Assembly (NCBI GenBank): GCA_016432325.1
Contig: CP066684.1
Location: 416,001-480,000, forward strand
Reading direction: 5' to 3'
DNA length: 64,000 bases
Source: Candidatus Aenigmatarchaeota archaeon
GTDB taxonomy: Archaea > Aenigmatarchaeota > Aenigmatarchaeia > PWEA01 > JACQIF01
Part shown: positions 8,676 through 18,274 of the stretch, in pieces
How the letters are laid out: each line of letters opens with the position of its first letter
How positions within the stretch are numbered: the stretch's first letter is position 1
Translations under genes and position numbers: made by a program
The notes under the pieces: model-generated
The model's input: only the letters and a program-made list of their open reading frames with translations
The model's database searches: none
Told to the model about the DNA's origin: nothing

Positions 8676-9407
8676 ATGAAAGGACTCTCCCCTGTCATAG
8701 CCGCGGTCTTCGTACTGGCCATTTCGCTCGCCGCGATAGTCATAGTCCTCAAGGTCGGCATCCCCTCCTTCACCGAGGCCCGCGAGTTTGCGACCCTTAC
8801 GGAAGCTAAAGGGGTCCTGCTTGCCATAGACAGCGCGATACGGGAGGTCGCTTCAGAAGGGGAGGGCAGCACGCGGCGCCTGCAGCTGCGCATCACCGAC
8901 GGGACGTACGTGATAGACAACAAGAGCCAAGAGGTGCGTTTCGAGCTGCAAACGGAGTCTGAAATCGTCGCGCCCTGCGTCGGCGTCCGCGAGGGCCCGA
9001 TACTGATTAATTCCGGCGGCGACGTCACCGGCGCCGAACGGGACGAGAACAACGACGGCATCACCGATCTCATTCTGGAGAACTCCAAGATGATGCTGGT
9101 GATAAACAAGACAGGCACGTCCGCCAGCCTCGCCGCGGTCGACACAGGCAAATTGATTTTGAAGATGTGGATAAAGGGCCCCAACGTCAACGTCACGCCG
9201 AGCGACTCCACGATACGGCTCGATAACGTAGCCAACTCCAACCGCGGTTCGGGATACACGGAACTTCTCGACTCCGGAACGAAGATGGGACGCGGCCGCA
9301 TACGCGCGCATCTCGAGAACGCGGGCGGCATAGACTACGACGTAATCTACAACCTGTTTTGCGGCGACTACGTGCGCATAGACGTGCAGAACGCGGTCTA
9401 CAGGTGA
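8676..9407 (+). CDS. Minor pilin-like protein (class III signal peptide)
   Basis: MKG/LSPVIAAVFVLAISL; AIREVASEGEGS motif; DENNDG loop. Confidence 0.8.
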   Translation: MKGLSPVIAAVFVLAISLAAIVIVLKVGIPSFTEAREFATLTEAKGVLLAIDSAIREVASEGEGSTRRLQLRITDGTYVIDNKSQEVRFELQTESEIVAPCVGVREGPILINSGGDVTGAERDENNDGITDLILENSKMMLVINKTGTSASLAAVDTGKLILKMWIKGPNVNVTPSDSTIRLDNVANSNRGSGYTELLDSGTKMGRGRIRAHLENAGGIDYDVIYNLFCGDYVRIDVQNAVYR

Positions 9408-9411
9408 TTGC

Positions 9412-10002
9412 GTGCGCGCCCTCTTCTTCGCCGCGCTTGTCCTGTGTCTAATTGCCCTGCTTCCGGCGCAAGCCTTGGCAGGAGGGGTATTCCAGACAAA
9501 GCTCGTCCTGAACTACAGTATAAGCGTGAACGACACCGTATACATCGGAGAGAACCGAAGCCCGGCCACGAACGTCTGGTATCCGAACAACCTGACCAAA
9601 CGGTTCGCGTGCACGCAGAACGCCACCATAGCATCGAGCCCGGTTGCAGTCGTGCTCGCTTCAGGAGGTGGCTTCCGCAACCTCAACTACACGAACAGCA
9701 CGCACAACCGCACCGTCGAAATAACCCAAGACTACGGCTCGCCGTTCTACATCTTCGCGGCTGACACGAACTGCACGCGCATCATCAAGAACTACCCGGC
9801 GATAGAGGATGGCCGCGTGGCTGTCATGGGCAGCGTGCCTGACGTGTCAACCACGGGCATCGTTGCGTGGATTCCGTACGCGCGCATCAACATCACCCTG
9901 CCGCTCAGCATGCCAAAAGGCACGTGGGACCTCATTGTGCAGAACAACGGAACGGCGCGCAACATCAGCAGCGTATGGTTCAGGCTGCTGGGACATGAGT
10001 AG
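9412..10002 (+). CDS. Secreted pilus-associated protein; paralogous to the C-terminal domain of 10008..13247
   Basis: Signal peptide (AQALA); shared LNxS..C.Q..GG..ITQ..CT..Y..G...I..NN pattern. Confidence 0.7.
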   Translation: MRALFFAALVLCLIALLPAQALAGGVFQTKLVLNYSISVNDTVYIGENRSPATNVWYPNNLTKRFACTQNATIASSPVAVVLASGGGFRNLNYTNSTHNRTVEITQDYGSPFYIFAADTNCTRIIKNYPAIEDGRVAVMGSVPDVSTTGIVAWIPYARINITLPLSMPKGTWDLIVQNNGTARNISSVWFRLLGHE

Positions 10003-10007
10003 GAGGC

Positions 10008-13000
10008 GTGAAGATGCGGTTTAAGCTGATCGCCATGTTTCTCGTTCTCCTGATAGCGCCGTCGCTCGTGCTGGCGGCCAACACGGCATCCGGCCCGTAC
10101 AAGGGGGACGTCTATCTGAAGATATCGAAGGACGTGGGCGGTGATTCCCTGACGTACAAGCTCACGACCTCGTCCACGGAAGGCGCGGCCGCGAGCCCGC
10201 AGAACAACCCGTGGGAACTGGAAGCCGGCGGGAACATCACGTTCAGGCTGCTCACGGCCACGGCAGGAACCGTCCCTACGTGCAACAACGTCGGCCCGGA
10301 CAACCCTTGCGTATACTCGATAGTCATGTACTATGACAACGCCACGAGCGACAACAACATCATACGTGTCATCAGCAACAGCACGTCGGCGTTCGCCAAC
10401 AACACTCTGATTAACGTCTACGCCACGAGCGACGGCACGTCAACCGGCGCGCCCCGTGCCGGAGTGTTTCGCCTGCGCATGCGCGCCAAGTCCGTTGCGG
10501 ACACTGAAGTTACGGACTACGACGCGTCGTCGGACGTGGGAATAACAGACACGACGCAACAGCTCACCTACGATGCGGCGTTCGCGAAGGGCTTCGCCCG
10601 CGCGCGTTTCAACGTGACGAACTTCACCGCTTACAAGGACTCGGCGTACGCAACAAACGACACGCGCTTCATGCGCGGGGAAACGGTCTATTTGGAATTC
10701 AAGACGGATGCGTCAGCATGGAACACCACAGGCGTGGAGACCGTAGTTCTGACCATCGAGGGAACCGGTTCTACGCTGGCGTCGTTCGCGTCGAACGCAA
10801 CGTACGCGAACAACACGTACCGCGCGACATGGGCGATGCCTGTGGACGCCGACCTGAACCAGTACAGGACGACGCTGAGTATAACAGGGACATCCAAAGC
10901 ATTCGTGGGCACGTACACGGACCAGTTCTCCGGGCAGACCGAGGATCTGGTGCTGAACAACGGCTCTACGGTGACGCTTAGCGGAACTCTAACGTACAGA
11001 GAGATAGTGATAAGCAACGGCAAGATAGCGGTTGACGGTTCCCTGACGCTCCGCGCGGACAAAGGAATCATCGTTCAGGCAGGCACATTCATCAACGCCA
11101 CAGGACGCGGGGATTCTGGCGGAGTGGGCGGGGTTGGCAGCGAGGACTGCGCTCTCGGAAACCACGCAGATGACGGCGTAGGAGACGGTAAGGGAACGGC
11201 AGGCGTTTCGACTCCTAGCGCGCAGGGCGGAGCTGCGGGAGGTGCAGGAGGTCACGGAGGAGCTGGGTCAGGCGGCATATCGGTTCCCGCCACGGCAGGA
11301 ACCGGCGGCGGAACGCATGGCAGCCAAACAGACAGAACCAGCAAGAAGGGGTCAGGAGGAGGAGGAGGAGATTATGGATGCAGCGTGGAGTCGCCGGGCG
11401 TGGGTACGTCTGTCGTCAGTGGGGGAAATGGGGGGGGAGGTGGAGGCATAGTCGTTCTTGAAGCCGACGACAACATTACAATATCAGGAACCGTGGAAGC
11501 TAACGGCGGCGCAGGCCAAGCAGGTAATGTAAGACTCGTCAGTCCTACCCCTGCAGCAGGAGGCGGAGGAGGTGGTGGAGCCGGAGGCACGATAATACTC
11601 AATTCTTCCAAGATAATAATCAACAGCGGGGGAATTGTCACAGCCACGGGAGGCGATGGAGGCCAAGGCAAGAGATTCCAGAATTCACCAGGAAACCCCG
11701 ACATCATAACAGATTGCTCTGGCAGCGGTGGAGGCGGAGGCGGAGGAAGGATAAAGATATTCGCCGTTGAACTGACCAACGGAGGAAGCGTACTCGTTAC
11801 ACAGGGATTTATGTTAAATACAGAATGCGGCTTCAATAGCGCCGACGGCGTGACGGGCACAAAATACACCGAAGCCGGCGAGCAGTGGACCAACTTCAGC
11901 GCCAAGAGCTTCGGACGTTCGACAGACACTCTTTCAGATTTCTCCGTCAACAACATGACAGATCCTGACGCGTTCGCGACGACGGCGAACGCATCCTTCT
12001 GGGTTGAAGAAGAACTCCGCGTAACGCACGACTACGGGCCGCGCCTGAACTTCTCGAACAGCTCTGCGATAAACGCGTACGTCCAGCGCGGCGAGAACCT
12101 CAACTATTCGTTTGTCGTTCTCGACGAATGGAACCGGACGTTCGCGTCGCGCGAAATCAACGTCAGCGTCAACGCCACGGCCTTCGAGAGGAACTTCTCC
12201 ACGGCGACCACGAGCGCCGCCGCACGCGTGACGAGCAACATCACTGTCGGCACGGACTGGCTCGATTCGTACACGAACACGACGCCCGGCGCGCTCGAGA
12301 ACAGGAACTACACGTTCCGCGTGCGCTACCCGTCGAACGTCACGTCGGACGCTCAAGGTTCCGTTGGTTTCAATACGTCGCAGGACTACATGTTCGATGT
12401 GGATGACGAGCTGTACGTCGACACCCACGTGCAGAACACGACGACGCTGAGCAAGGATCCTCTGGACGACGGCACGGAACAGAGTTCATATGGCGTCGCG
12501 AAAGAAACCGCCTACGTATGGGTTCACGTCTGGAACGTGCGCAGCGAGGAGCAAAATGACAAGAACGTCACGACATGGGTATACCACAACAGCAAGAGTC
12601 GCAGCGACCCAACGTCCACGTTCACAGGCACGACAGGTTCGGATGGCTGGACCGCACAGCTAGGAAGCGTTGCGGCGCAGGTGCCGACAGGCGTCTGGTA
12701 CTTCGACTCTGATGTAGGCGCGGACGCATACAACAATTCCGGCACGGACAATGAAGGCGTCTCGTTCTTCTCGGTGCCGCCGGTGAACGTGACGTTCCGC
12801 CTCAATTTCAGCGTGGGCGCGATAAACAACGGGAACCTTGCGAACCGGTGGTCGTGCGTGCAGGACACGGGCAACAGAACGTTCGTGGCGTTCGTCTTTG
12901 CCGGCGGCGAACCCCTCGCGACCGGACAGTACAACACCACCCCGACGGGCTGGAACGTAAACATCACGCAGAAAGTGGCCGAATCCACGTATCTCGCGTA

Positions 13001-13247
13001 CGCCAACGGCACGTGCACGAACGTGCAAAACAACGAGGAGGATATTAGCAAAGGTCTGTTCAAGAACAGGAACTTCCCCGCGTTCGCGACAGGCGACATC
13101 GCGCGCTACACGGTAAAGCTCGCGCTCGAATACGCCAACGTCCGTTTCAACAACAATTTGACGTGGGCGGAGGGTTCGCACAGGATTATACTCACCAACA
13201 ACAAGACCACGTCCACTACCGTCAACATCACGTCTAGCCGCCAGTGA
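10008..13247 (+). CDS. Giant secreted adhesin-like protein with glycine-rich passenger domain
   Basis: Signal peptide; scaffold shared with 248..4414; GGGGG/GxGG-rich insert at ~10911..11877. Confidence 0.85.
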   Translation: MKMRFKLIAMFLVLLIAPSLVLAANTASGPYKGDVYLKISKDVGGDSLTYKLTTSSTEGAAASPQNNPWELEAGGNITFRLLTATAGTVPTCNNVGPDNPCVYSIVMYYDNATSDNNIIRVISNSTSAFANNTLINVYATSDGTSTGAPRAGVFRLRMRAKSVADTEVTDYDASSDVGITDTTQQLTYDAAFAKGFARARFNVTNFTAYKDSAYATNDTRFMRGETVYLEFKTDASAWNTTGVETVVLTIEGTGSTLASFASNATYANNTYRATWAMPVDADLNQYRTTLSITGTSKAFVGTYTDQFSGQTEDLVLNNGSTVTLSGTLTYREIVISNGKIAVDGSLTLRADKGIIVQAGTFINATGRGDSGGVGGVGSEDCALGNHADDGVGDGKGTAGVSTPSAQGGAAGGAGGHGGAGSGGISVPATAGTGGGTHGSQTDRTSKKGSGGGGGDYGCSVESPGVGTSVVSGGNGGGGGGIVVLEADDNITISGTVEANGGAGQAGNVRLVSPTPAAGGGGGGGAGGTIILNSSKIIINSGGIVTATGGDGGQGKRFQNSPGNPDIITDCSGSGGGGGGGRIKIFAVELTNGGSVLVTQGFMLNTECGFNSADGVTGTKYTEAGEQWTNFSAKSFGRSTDTLSDFSVNNMTDPDAFATTANASFWVEEELRVTHDYGPRLNFSNSSAINAYVQRGENLNYSFVVLDEWNRTFASREINVSVNATAFERNFSTATTSAAARVTSNITVGTDWLDSYTNTTPGALENRNYTFRVRYPSNVTSDAQGSVGFNTSQDYMFDVDDELYVDTHVQNTTTLSKDPLDDGTEQSSYGVAKETAYVWVHVWNVRSEEQNDKNVTTWVYHNSKSRSDPTSTFTGTTGSDGWTAQLGSVAAQVPTGVWYFDSDVGADAYNNSGTDNEGVSFFSVPPVNVTFRLNFSVGAINNGNLANRWSCVQDTGNRTFVAFVFAGGEPLATGQYNTTPTGWNVNITQKVAESTYLAYANGTCTNVQNNEEDISKGLFKNRNFPAFATGDIARYTVKLALEYANVRFNNNLTWAEGSHRIILTNNKTTSTTVNITSSRQ

Positions 13248-13302
13248 GAGCCTAAAAGGAGCCTCGTCAAGGTTTATCAAGCCGTTCCTGTTAAAGGTCA
13301 CT

Positions 13303-14655
13303 ATGTACTCGCAGCGTCTGCTCAAGATTTTCGGGGGCGCGGGCATAAAGATAGGCGACCGCATACGCGTTACGCGGGGGGGTCGTATATACGAAGGTCT
13401 GCTGATGCCCAGACCGGGCGCCGGCTCTCCGGATTGCATTATTCTGAAACTCGACAGCGGCTACAACGTCGGTCTGGCCTACGAAACCGGCGCAAATCTA
13501 ACGAAGTCGGCAACGGCGGAGCCAAAAGCCGTGGAACGTGAAGCGAAATACGAACTTGGAAAGGGGAGTCATAGGGACGCATTCAATTTTGACTCTTCCA
13601 AACCCCCCGTGTCTTTCATAACCACAGGAGGCACGATATCTTCAAAGGTTGACTACCGCACAGGCGGCGTCACAGCGCTGGTCGAACCGAAAGAACTGCT
13701 CCATCTCGCGCCCGAAATGTCCAAGTTCGTCAACGTACGCACTTTCGCGAGCCCGTTCACGCGCATGAGCGAGAACATGGGCTTCGACGATTACGCGGCT
13801 CTCGCTTCCGCTGTGTTCAAGGCGATGAAAAAGGACGAAGGCGTCATAGTAACGCATGGAACCGATACTCTGCACTACACTGCCGCGGCCCTCTCGTTCG
13901 CGATTCGGGACCCCGCCAAACCCGTGGTGCTCACGGGCTCGCAACGTTCGTCAGACCGCGGCTCCACAGACGCTTCGATGAACCTTTTATGCTCGGCCAT
14001 CGCAGCGGCATCGGATATGGCAGAAGTGGGCGTCTGCATGCACGGCACGAGCGACGACGCGTACGCGCTGTTCAACCGCGGCACGAAGGTGCGCAAGCTC
14101 CACGCGTCAAGGCGCGACGCGTTTCGTCCTGTGAACGCGCTGCCTCTGGCGCGCGTCTATCCGGACGGTAAAATCGAGCGTCTTTCCCCGTACAGAAAAC
14201 GCGGGGAGGGTGTCACGCGTTTGGATGCGGAATTTTACCCAAAGGTCGCGCTGCTCAAGGCGTATCCGGGCTGCAAGCCGGACATCGTAGACTACTACGT
14301 TTCCAAGGGCTACAAGGGAATCGTTGTCGAGGCTCTGGGTCTCGGCCAGGTTCCGACAGAAACAGGCCGCTCGTGGCTCAACGCGATTCGCAAAGCGATA
14401 GACGGCGGCGTCACGGTCGTCTTCGCGCCGCAGACTATATACGGCCGCCTGAATCCGTACGTTTATGCGGAGGCGCGTCTCGCACACGACGCAGGCGTCG
14501 TATACGCTGAAGACATGCTGCCGGAGGTTGCGTACGTGAAGCTCGCATGGGTTCTGGGCCACACAAAAATAGCAGAACGCGTGCGCGAGATGTTCCTGAC
14601 GAATATCGCGGGAGAGATGTCGTCGCGCACGACGCCTGAGACGTTCCTCTATTAG
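13303..14655 (+). CDS. gatD: Glu-tRNA(Gln) amidotransferase subunit D
   Basis: LKLDSGYNVG N-domain, TGGTISSKVDY, HGTDT, GSQRSSDRG motifs; adjacent to gatE. Confidence 0.97.
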   Translation: MYSQRLLKIFGGAGIKIGDRIRVTRGGRIYEGLLMPRPGAGSPDCIILKLDSGYNVGLAYETGANLTKSATAEPKAVEREAKYELGKGSHRDAFNFDSSKPPVSFITTGGTISSKVDYRTGGVTALVEPKELLHLAPEMSKFVNVRTFASPFTRMSENMGFDDYAALASAVFKAMKKDEGVIVTHGTDTLHYTAAALSFAIRDPAKPVVLTGSQRSSDRGSTDASMNLLCSAIAAASDMAEVGVCMHGTSDDAYALFNRGTKVRKLHASRRDAFRPVNALPLARVYPDGKIERLSPYRKRGEGVTRLDAEFYPKVALLKAYPGCKPDIVDYYVSKGYKGIVVEALGLGQVPTETGRSWLNAIRKAIDGGVTVVFAPQTIYGRLNPYVYAEARLAHDAGVVYAEDMLPEVAYVKLAWVLGHTKIAERVREMFLTNIAGEMSSRTTPETFLY

Positions 14656-16506
14656 GTGCATTTGATGGACGCATACGATTACGAGAAACTCGGCCTCAAG
14701 GTCGGCATAGAGATACACCAGCGCCTGCGGACGCGCAAGCTGTTCTGCGATTGCACACCAACAAATGGCGAACCGTTGGCGAATATACACAGAAAACTGC
14801 GCGCCTCGGCCGGCGAGTTGGGAATGATAGACCCGGCGGCGCTATATGAACAGATGCGCGGACGCGAGTTTAACTATTCTACGTACAAGGACGCGTCGTG
14901 TCTGGTCGAGATGGACGAGGAGCCGCCGCATGCCGTGAACGCGGACGCGCTGCGCGCGGCCCTGCAGGTCGCGAAGATGCTCGCGTGCGAAATCCCGGAC
15001 GAACTGCACGTCATGCGCAAGACCGTGGTGGACGGTTCAAACACATCCGGCTTCCAGAGGACGATGGTCGTCGGCCTCGGCGGTTCCTTAAAGACGTCGT
15101 TTGGAGACGTGCGCATAGAAGGCCTTTCGCTGGAAGAAGAGTCGTCCCAGATACTGGAACGCACAGAACGCGGAGTAAAATACGGGCTGGACAGGCTCGG
15201 CATCCCGCTCGTAGAGATAGGCACCGCGCCTGACGCGCACACGCCCGCGCAGGCAAAGGAGGTTGCGGAAGCGCTGGGCATGCTTTTGAGAAGCACGGGA
15301 CTCGTGCAGAGGGGTATCGGAACGATACGGCAAGACGTGAACGTATCAATACGCGGAGGGGCGCGCGTGGAGATAAAGGGCTTCCAGGATTTGTCTATGC
15401 TTGACGCGCTCGTACGAAACGAGGCTGAGCGCCAGTACTCGCTTCTTGGCATGGCCGAAGACCTGCGCAACAGAGCCGCCAGCGCTTCGTCAGCCAAGGA
15501 CGTCACGCGCGTCTTCTCGGCCACTCAGAACAGGATAATATCGCAAGCCGTTGCGAACAACAAGCGCGTCTATGCGTTTGTGCTCAAAGGATTCGGCGGC
15601 CTTCTGAAGCGCAAGATATCGTGGGACCGAACATTCGGACGGGAGCTGGCGTCGTATGCCATGGTGCAAGGCGTCAAAGGAATGATACACACGGACGAGG
15701 ACATGGAAGGCTACGGCCTTACGCGGGAGTTCGGCGCGCTGCGCAACGAGCTGGGCGCGTCAGAGAAAGACGCCATATGCATAATCGCAGAAGACGATGA
15801 AACCGCAAAGCGCGCGTGCGCAGCTGTCATAGAAAGGGCGCTGTTCGCGCTGAGCGGCGTGCCGGAGGAGACCCGCGCGCCCAACGCGGACGCCACGTCG
15901 TCCTACGCGCGACCGCTTCCCGGAGGCGCGCGGCTGTATCCCGAAACCGACGTGCCGCCGATAGTCGTGGACAGGAAGGCTCTGAAAGCGATGGAGATGC
16001 CCGAAAGCCTAGACGCCAAACAGAAGCGGCTCGTGAAGATGGGCGTCCCCGAACAGGCGGCCCGGGAACTCGTGCGGTCGGAAATGATATCCATATTCGA
16101 GGAGGCCGGCAAGATAAACGCCAAGAGGGCAGCCGAACTCCTAACGTCCACAATCACGTCCCTGAGGAGGGAAGGAGTCAGAGTAGACCGCATAGCGAGC
16201 GCGGATATGGTGAAGCTTCTGCGTGAGCTGGAAGGAATCCCAAAGGAGGCCGTTCTGGACGGTTTGAAGGCTCTGGCAGAAGGCAAGCCATACGCGACGG
16301 CCATGAAAACGGCCCGAATGAGCGCCCAGGAGCTGGCCGACGCCGTAGACGAGGTAATACGTACGGACATCGAACTTGTCAACAGGGAAGGAGAGGCCGC
16401 ATTCAAGAAGCTTATGGGCCCCCTGATGGATCGCGTGCGCGGACGCGTTCCAGGCGAGGCCGCGGCCGAAGCTCTGAAGAGGCGGCTGAAGAGTTTTCTG
16501 AAGTGA
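14656..16506 (+). CDS. gatE: Glu-tRNA(Gln) amidotransferase subunit E
   Basis: GLKVGIEIHQ, KLFC, RKTVVDGSNTSGFQRT, LDRLGIPLVEI, RPLPGGARLYPETD. Confidence 0.97.
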   Translation: MHLMDAYDYEKLGLKVGIEIHQRLRTRKLFCDCTPTNGEPLANIHRKLRASAGELGMIDPAALYEQMRGREFNYSTYKDASCLVEMDEEPPHAVNADALRAALQVAKMLACEIPDELHVMRKTVVDGSNTSGFQRTMVVGLGGSLKTSFGDVRIEGLSLEEESSQILERTERGVKYGLDRLGIPLVEIGTAPDAHTPAQAKEVAEALGMLLRSTGLVQRGIGTIRQDVNVSIRGGARVEIKGFQDLSMLDALVRNEAERQYSLLGMAEDLRNRAASASSAKDVTRVFSATQNRIISQAVANNKRVYAFVLKGFGGLLKRKISWDRTFGRELASYAMVQGVKGMIHTDEDMEGYGLTREFGALRNELGASEKDAICIIAEDDETAKRACAAVIERALFALSGVPEETRAPNADATSSYARPLPGGARLYPETDVPPIVVDRKALKAMEMPESLDAKQKRLVKMGVPEQAARELVRSEMISIFEEAGKINAKRAAELLTSTITSLRREGVRVDRIASADMVKLLRELEGIPKEAVLDGLKALAEGKPYATAMKTARMSAQELADAVDEVIRTDIELVNREGEAAFKKLMGPLMDRVRGRVPGEAAAEALKRRLKSFLK

Positions 16507-16605
16507 GACACGCAGTGCGACAAACGCACGACCCCTTATTAGAGACTCTGTTTTAAATACAGACTTTGCCAACTTTGAGTGAGACATAGTGCGACAAGAG
16601 TGACA
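16502..16605 (+). promoter_or_regulatory. Direct-repeat array AGTG(A/C)GACA x4 (+1 partial) flanking a TTTAAATA box
   Basis: Copies at 16502, 16514, 16578, 16588, partial 16599. Confidence 0.6.
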
Positions 16606-16607
16606 TT

Positions 16608-17711
16608 ATGAGCGAGGCCTGGTTTTCGCAGTTCGGATGGAACGAGAATCCATTTAAAATACAGCCCGATCCTGAGCATGTCGTTGGTTTCGTCGACCTG
16701 CGCGCGCGAATAATGGCTTACGTCGAGTCTCATGACCCGTTCCTCATAGTAGGCCCCACAGGCGCCGGCAAAACGACGCTCCTGTTATGGACGGCCACGC
16801 AGACAAACGCGCGATACGTATACCACAACTTCCTCGACGAGCGCAGCGACGCGTCCTTGAGACGCAAGGTACGCGGCGGGTTGCTGGGATTCTTCGACCG
16901 ACGCCCTATCATAGCACTTCTGGACGAAGTACAGGAGATGGCGCCCGAAACAGCACGCTACCTTAGAGGTATCTTCGACCAACACGGCATACAGTCAGTG
17001 GTAATGGCCGCGATGACAGACAAGCTCCCCAACCTTGAAGAACCTTTACTCTCGCGCATAGGCGAGAGGAAAATATACGTGCGCAACGTGGATGAGCGCG
17101 AGTCCATGCAGATTATCAGGCAACGCGTCTTCGCGAAGGGCAAGGACAATCCGTTTGACGAGGATGCGCTGCGCATCGCGTTCGCATACGCGGAGTATTC
17201 TCCCAGAAAGATACTGGAGACCTGCGAAAAGCTATGCATCGACGGCGCGTCGAAGGGAAAGACCCGCATAGACGCGGACTTCGCGTCGCTCGTCCTGAAA
17301 CCGAAGGAGCCGACGCTCGCCGCGGTCAAGAACGCCATCGTGACTCCTCCCTCCGGCGAGATAAAGCGTCTCGTGCGCGAGAAGCTCAGGAAGATAATGG
17401 AGTCCGATGCCGGAACGGAGATAAGGAAGACACCTCCCGCAACGCCGATAGTCCAGACCGTCAAGCCTGCGACCGTCGTGGACGCCCTTTCGCCGACACA
17501 AAGAAAAATATACGAGGCGTTGCGCGCCAAGGACATGACGACCGATGAACTGGCCCGCGCCGTAGGCATCACGCGCGCCTCGGCTGCCAAGCAGTTGTCG
17601 CGTCTCGCCCTGAACACGGATGCAGAGCTTCTGACGTCCAGGGGAATAACAAAACCTCTGGTGGTCCAGAAAGGCAGCGGCCGCCCTGTCGTTTACGGAG
17701 TGAACAGCTAA
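16608..17711 (+). CDS. AAA-family (ExeA/AAA_22-like) ATPase with C-terminal HTH
   Basis: FGWNENPF N-terminus, Walker A GPTGAGKT, Walker B LLDE, LSPTQRKIYEAL...ELARAVGITRASAAKQL HTH. Confidence 0.8.
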   Translation: MSEAWFSQFGWNENPFKIQPDPEHVVGFVDLRARIMAYVESHDPFLIVGPTGAGKTTLLLWTATQTNARYVYHNFLDERSDASLRRKVRGGLLGFFDRRPIIALLDEVQEMAPETARYLRGIFDQHGIQSVVMAAMTDKLPNLEEPLLSRIGERKIYVRNVDERESMQIIRQRVFAKGKDNPFDEDALRIAFAYAEYSPRKILETCEKLCIDGASKGKTRIDADFASLVLKPKEPTLAAVKNAIVTPPSGEIKRLVREKLRKIMESDAGTEIRKTPPATPIVQTVKPATVVDALSPTQRKIYEALRAKDMTTDELARAVGITRASAAKQLSRLALNTDAELLTSRGITKPLVVQKGSGRPVVYGVNS

Positions 17712-18232
17712 ACAAGCGACTTGAGTATGACCTTCAGGATGGCCGAGTCGCTGATGACCCCAAGAACACGTCCCGCCTCGTCTATGACAGCAACTATCTC
17801 CACGTTGTTCTCATCCATGACCGTCATCGTGTCGAACAGGCTCGTGTGGGGGAACGCCGCCGCTTTCTTGCGCATTATCTCCGCGATTCTCTTGTTTCCC
17901 AGAGAGAGGAACTCTTTCTCGTAACTGACGGCGCCATGACGGTGCTGGCTCAATTCGAGAGATTTTTCCTCGAACGCCTTAAGCATGTCGTGGTGGGTGA
18001 CGACTCCTTTGAGAATTCCCTCCTGCGCCACAGGAGCCCCTTCTATCCCCTTTTCCACGAAAATGTTGGCGGCTTCGCGGATCGTCGCCTGCGGGCTAAG
18101 CACAACAAAACGCTTCTCCATGATGTCGCGCGCTGTCAGGGTTTCGAGCGCGTGAAGGGCCTCCGGCCTGGGTCCGGCTCCCATGGCGCCGAAGATGCTT
18201 TCCATGACTTCCTTTGACGAACGGACTGACAT
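17708..18232 (-). CDS. CBS-domain pair protein
   Basis: TARDIM, GAPV...LKGVVT..D, VID..GRVLGVIS..D. Confidence 0.9.
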   Translation of the reverse strand: MSVRSSKEVMESIFGAMGAGPRPEALHALETLTARDIMEKRFVVLSPQATIREAANIFVEKGIEGAPVAQEGILKGVVTHHDMLKAFEEKSLELSQHRHGAVSYEKEFLSLGNKRIAEIMRKKAAAFPHTSLFDTMTVMDENNVEIVAVIDEAGRVLGVISDSAILKVILKSLV

Positions 18233-18274
18233 CGTTAATCCACAGAGAGCTTAGTCGGGCCTCTTATAAAAGGC

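Noticed and set aside
248-13247. Diversity-generating retroelement acting on adhesins
   Set aside because: No reverse transcriptase in window and paralog differences are not adenine-specific
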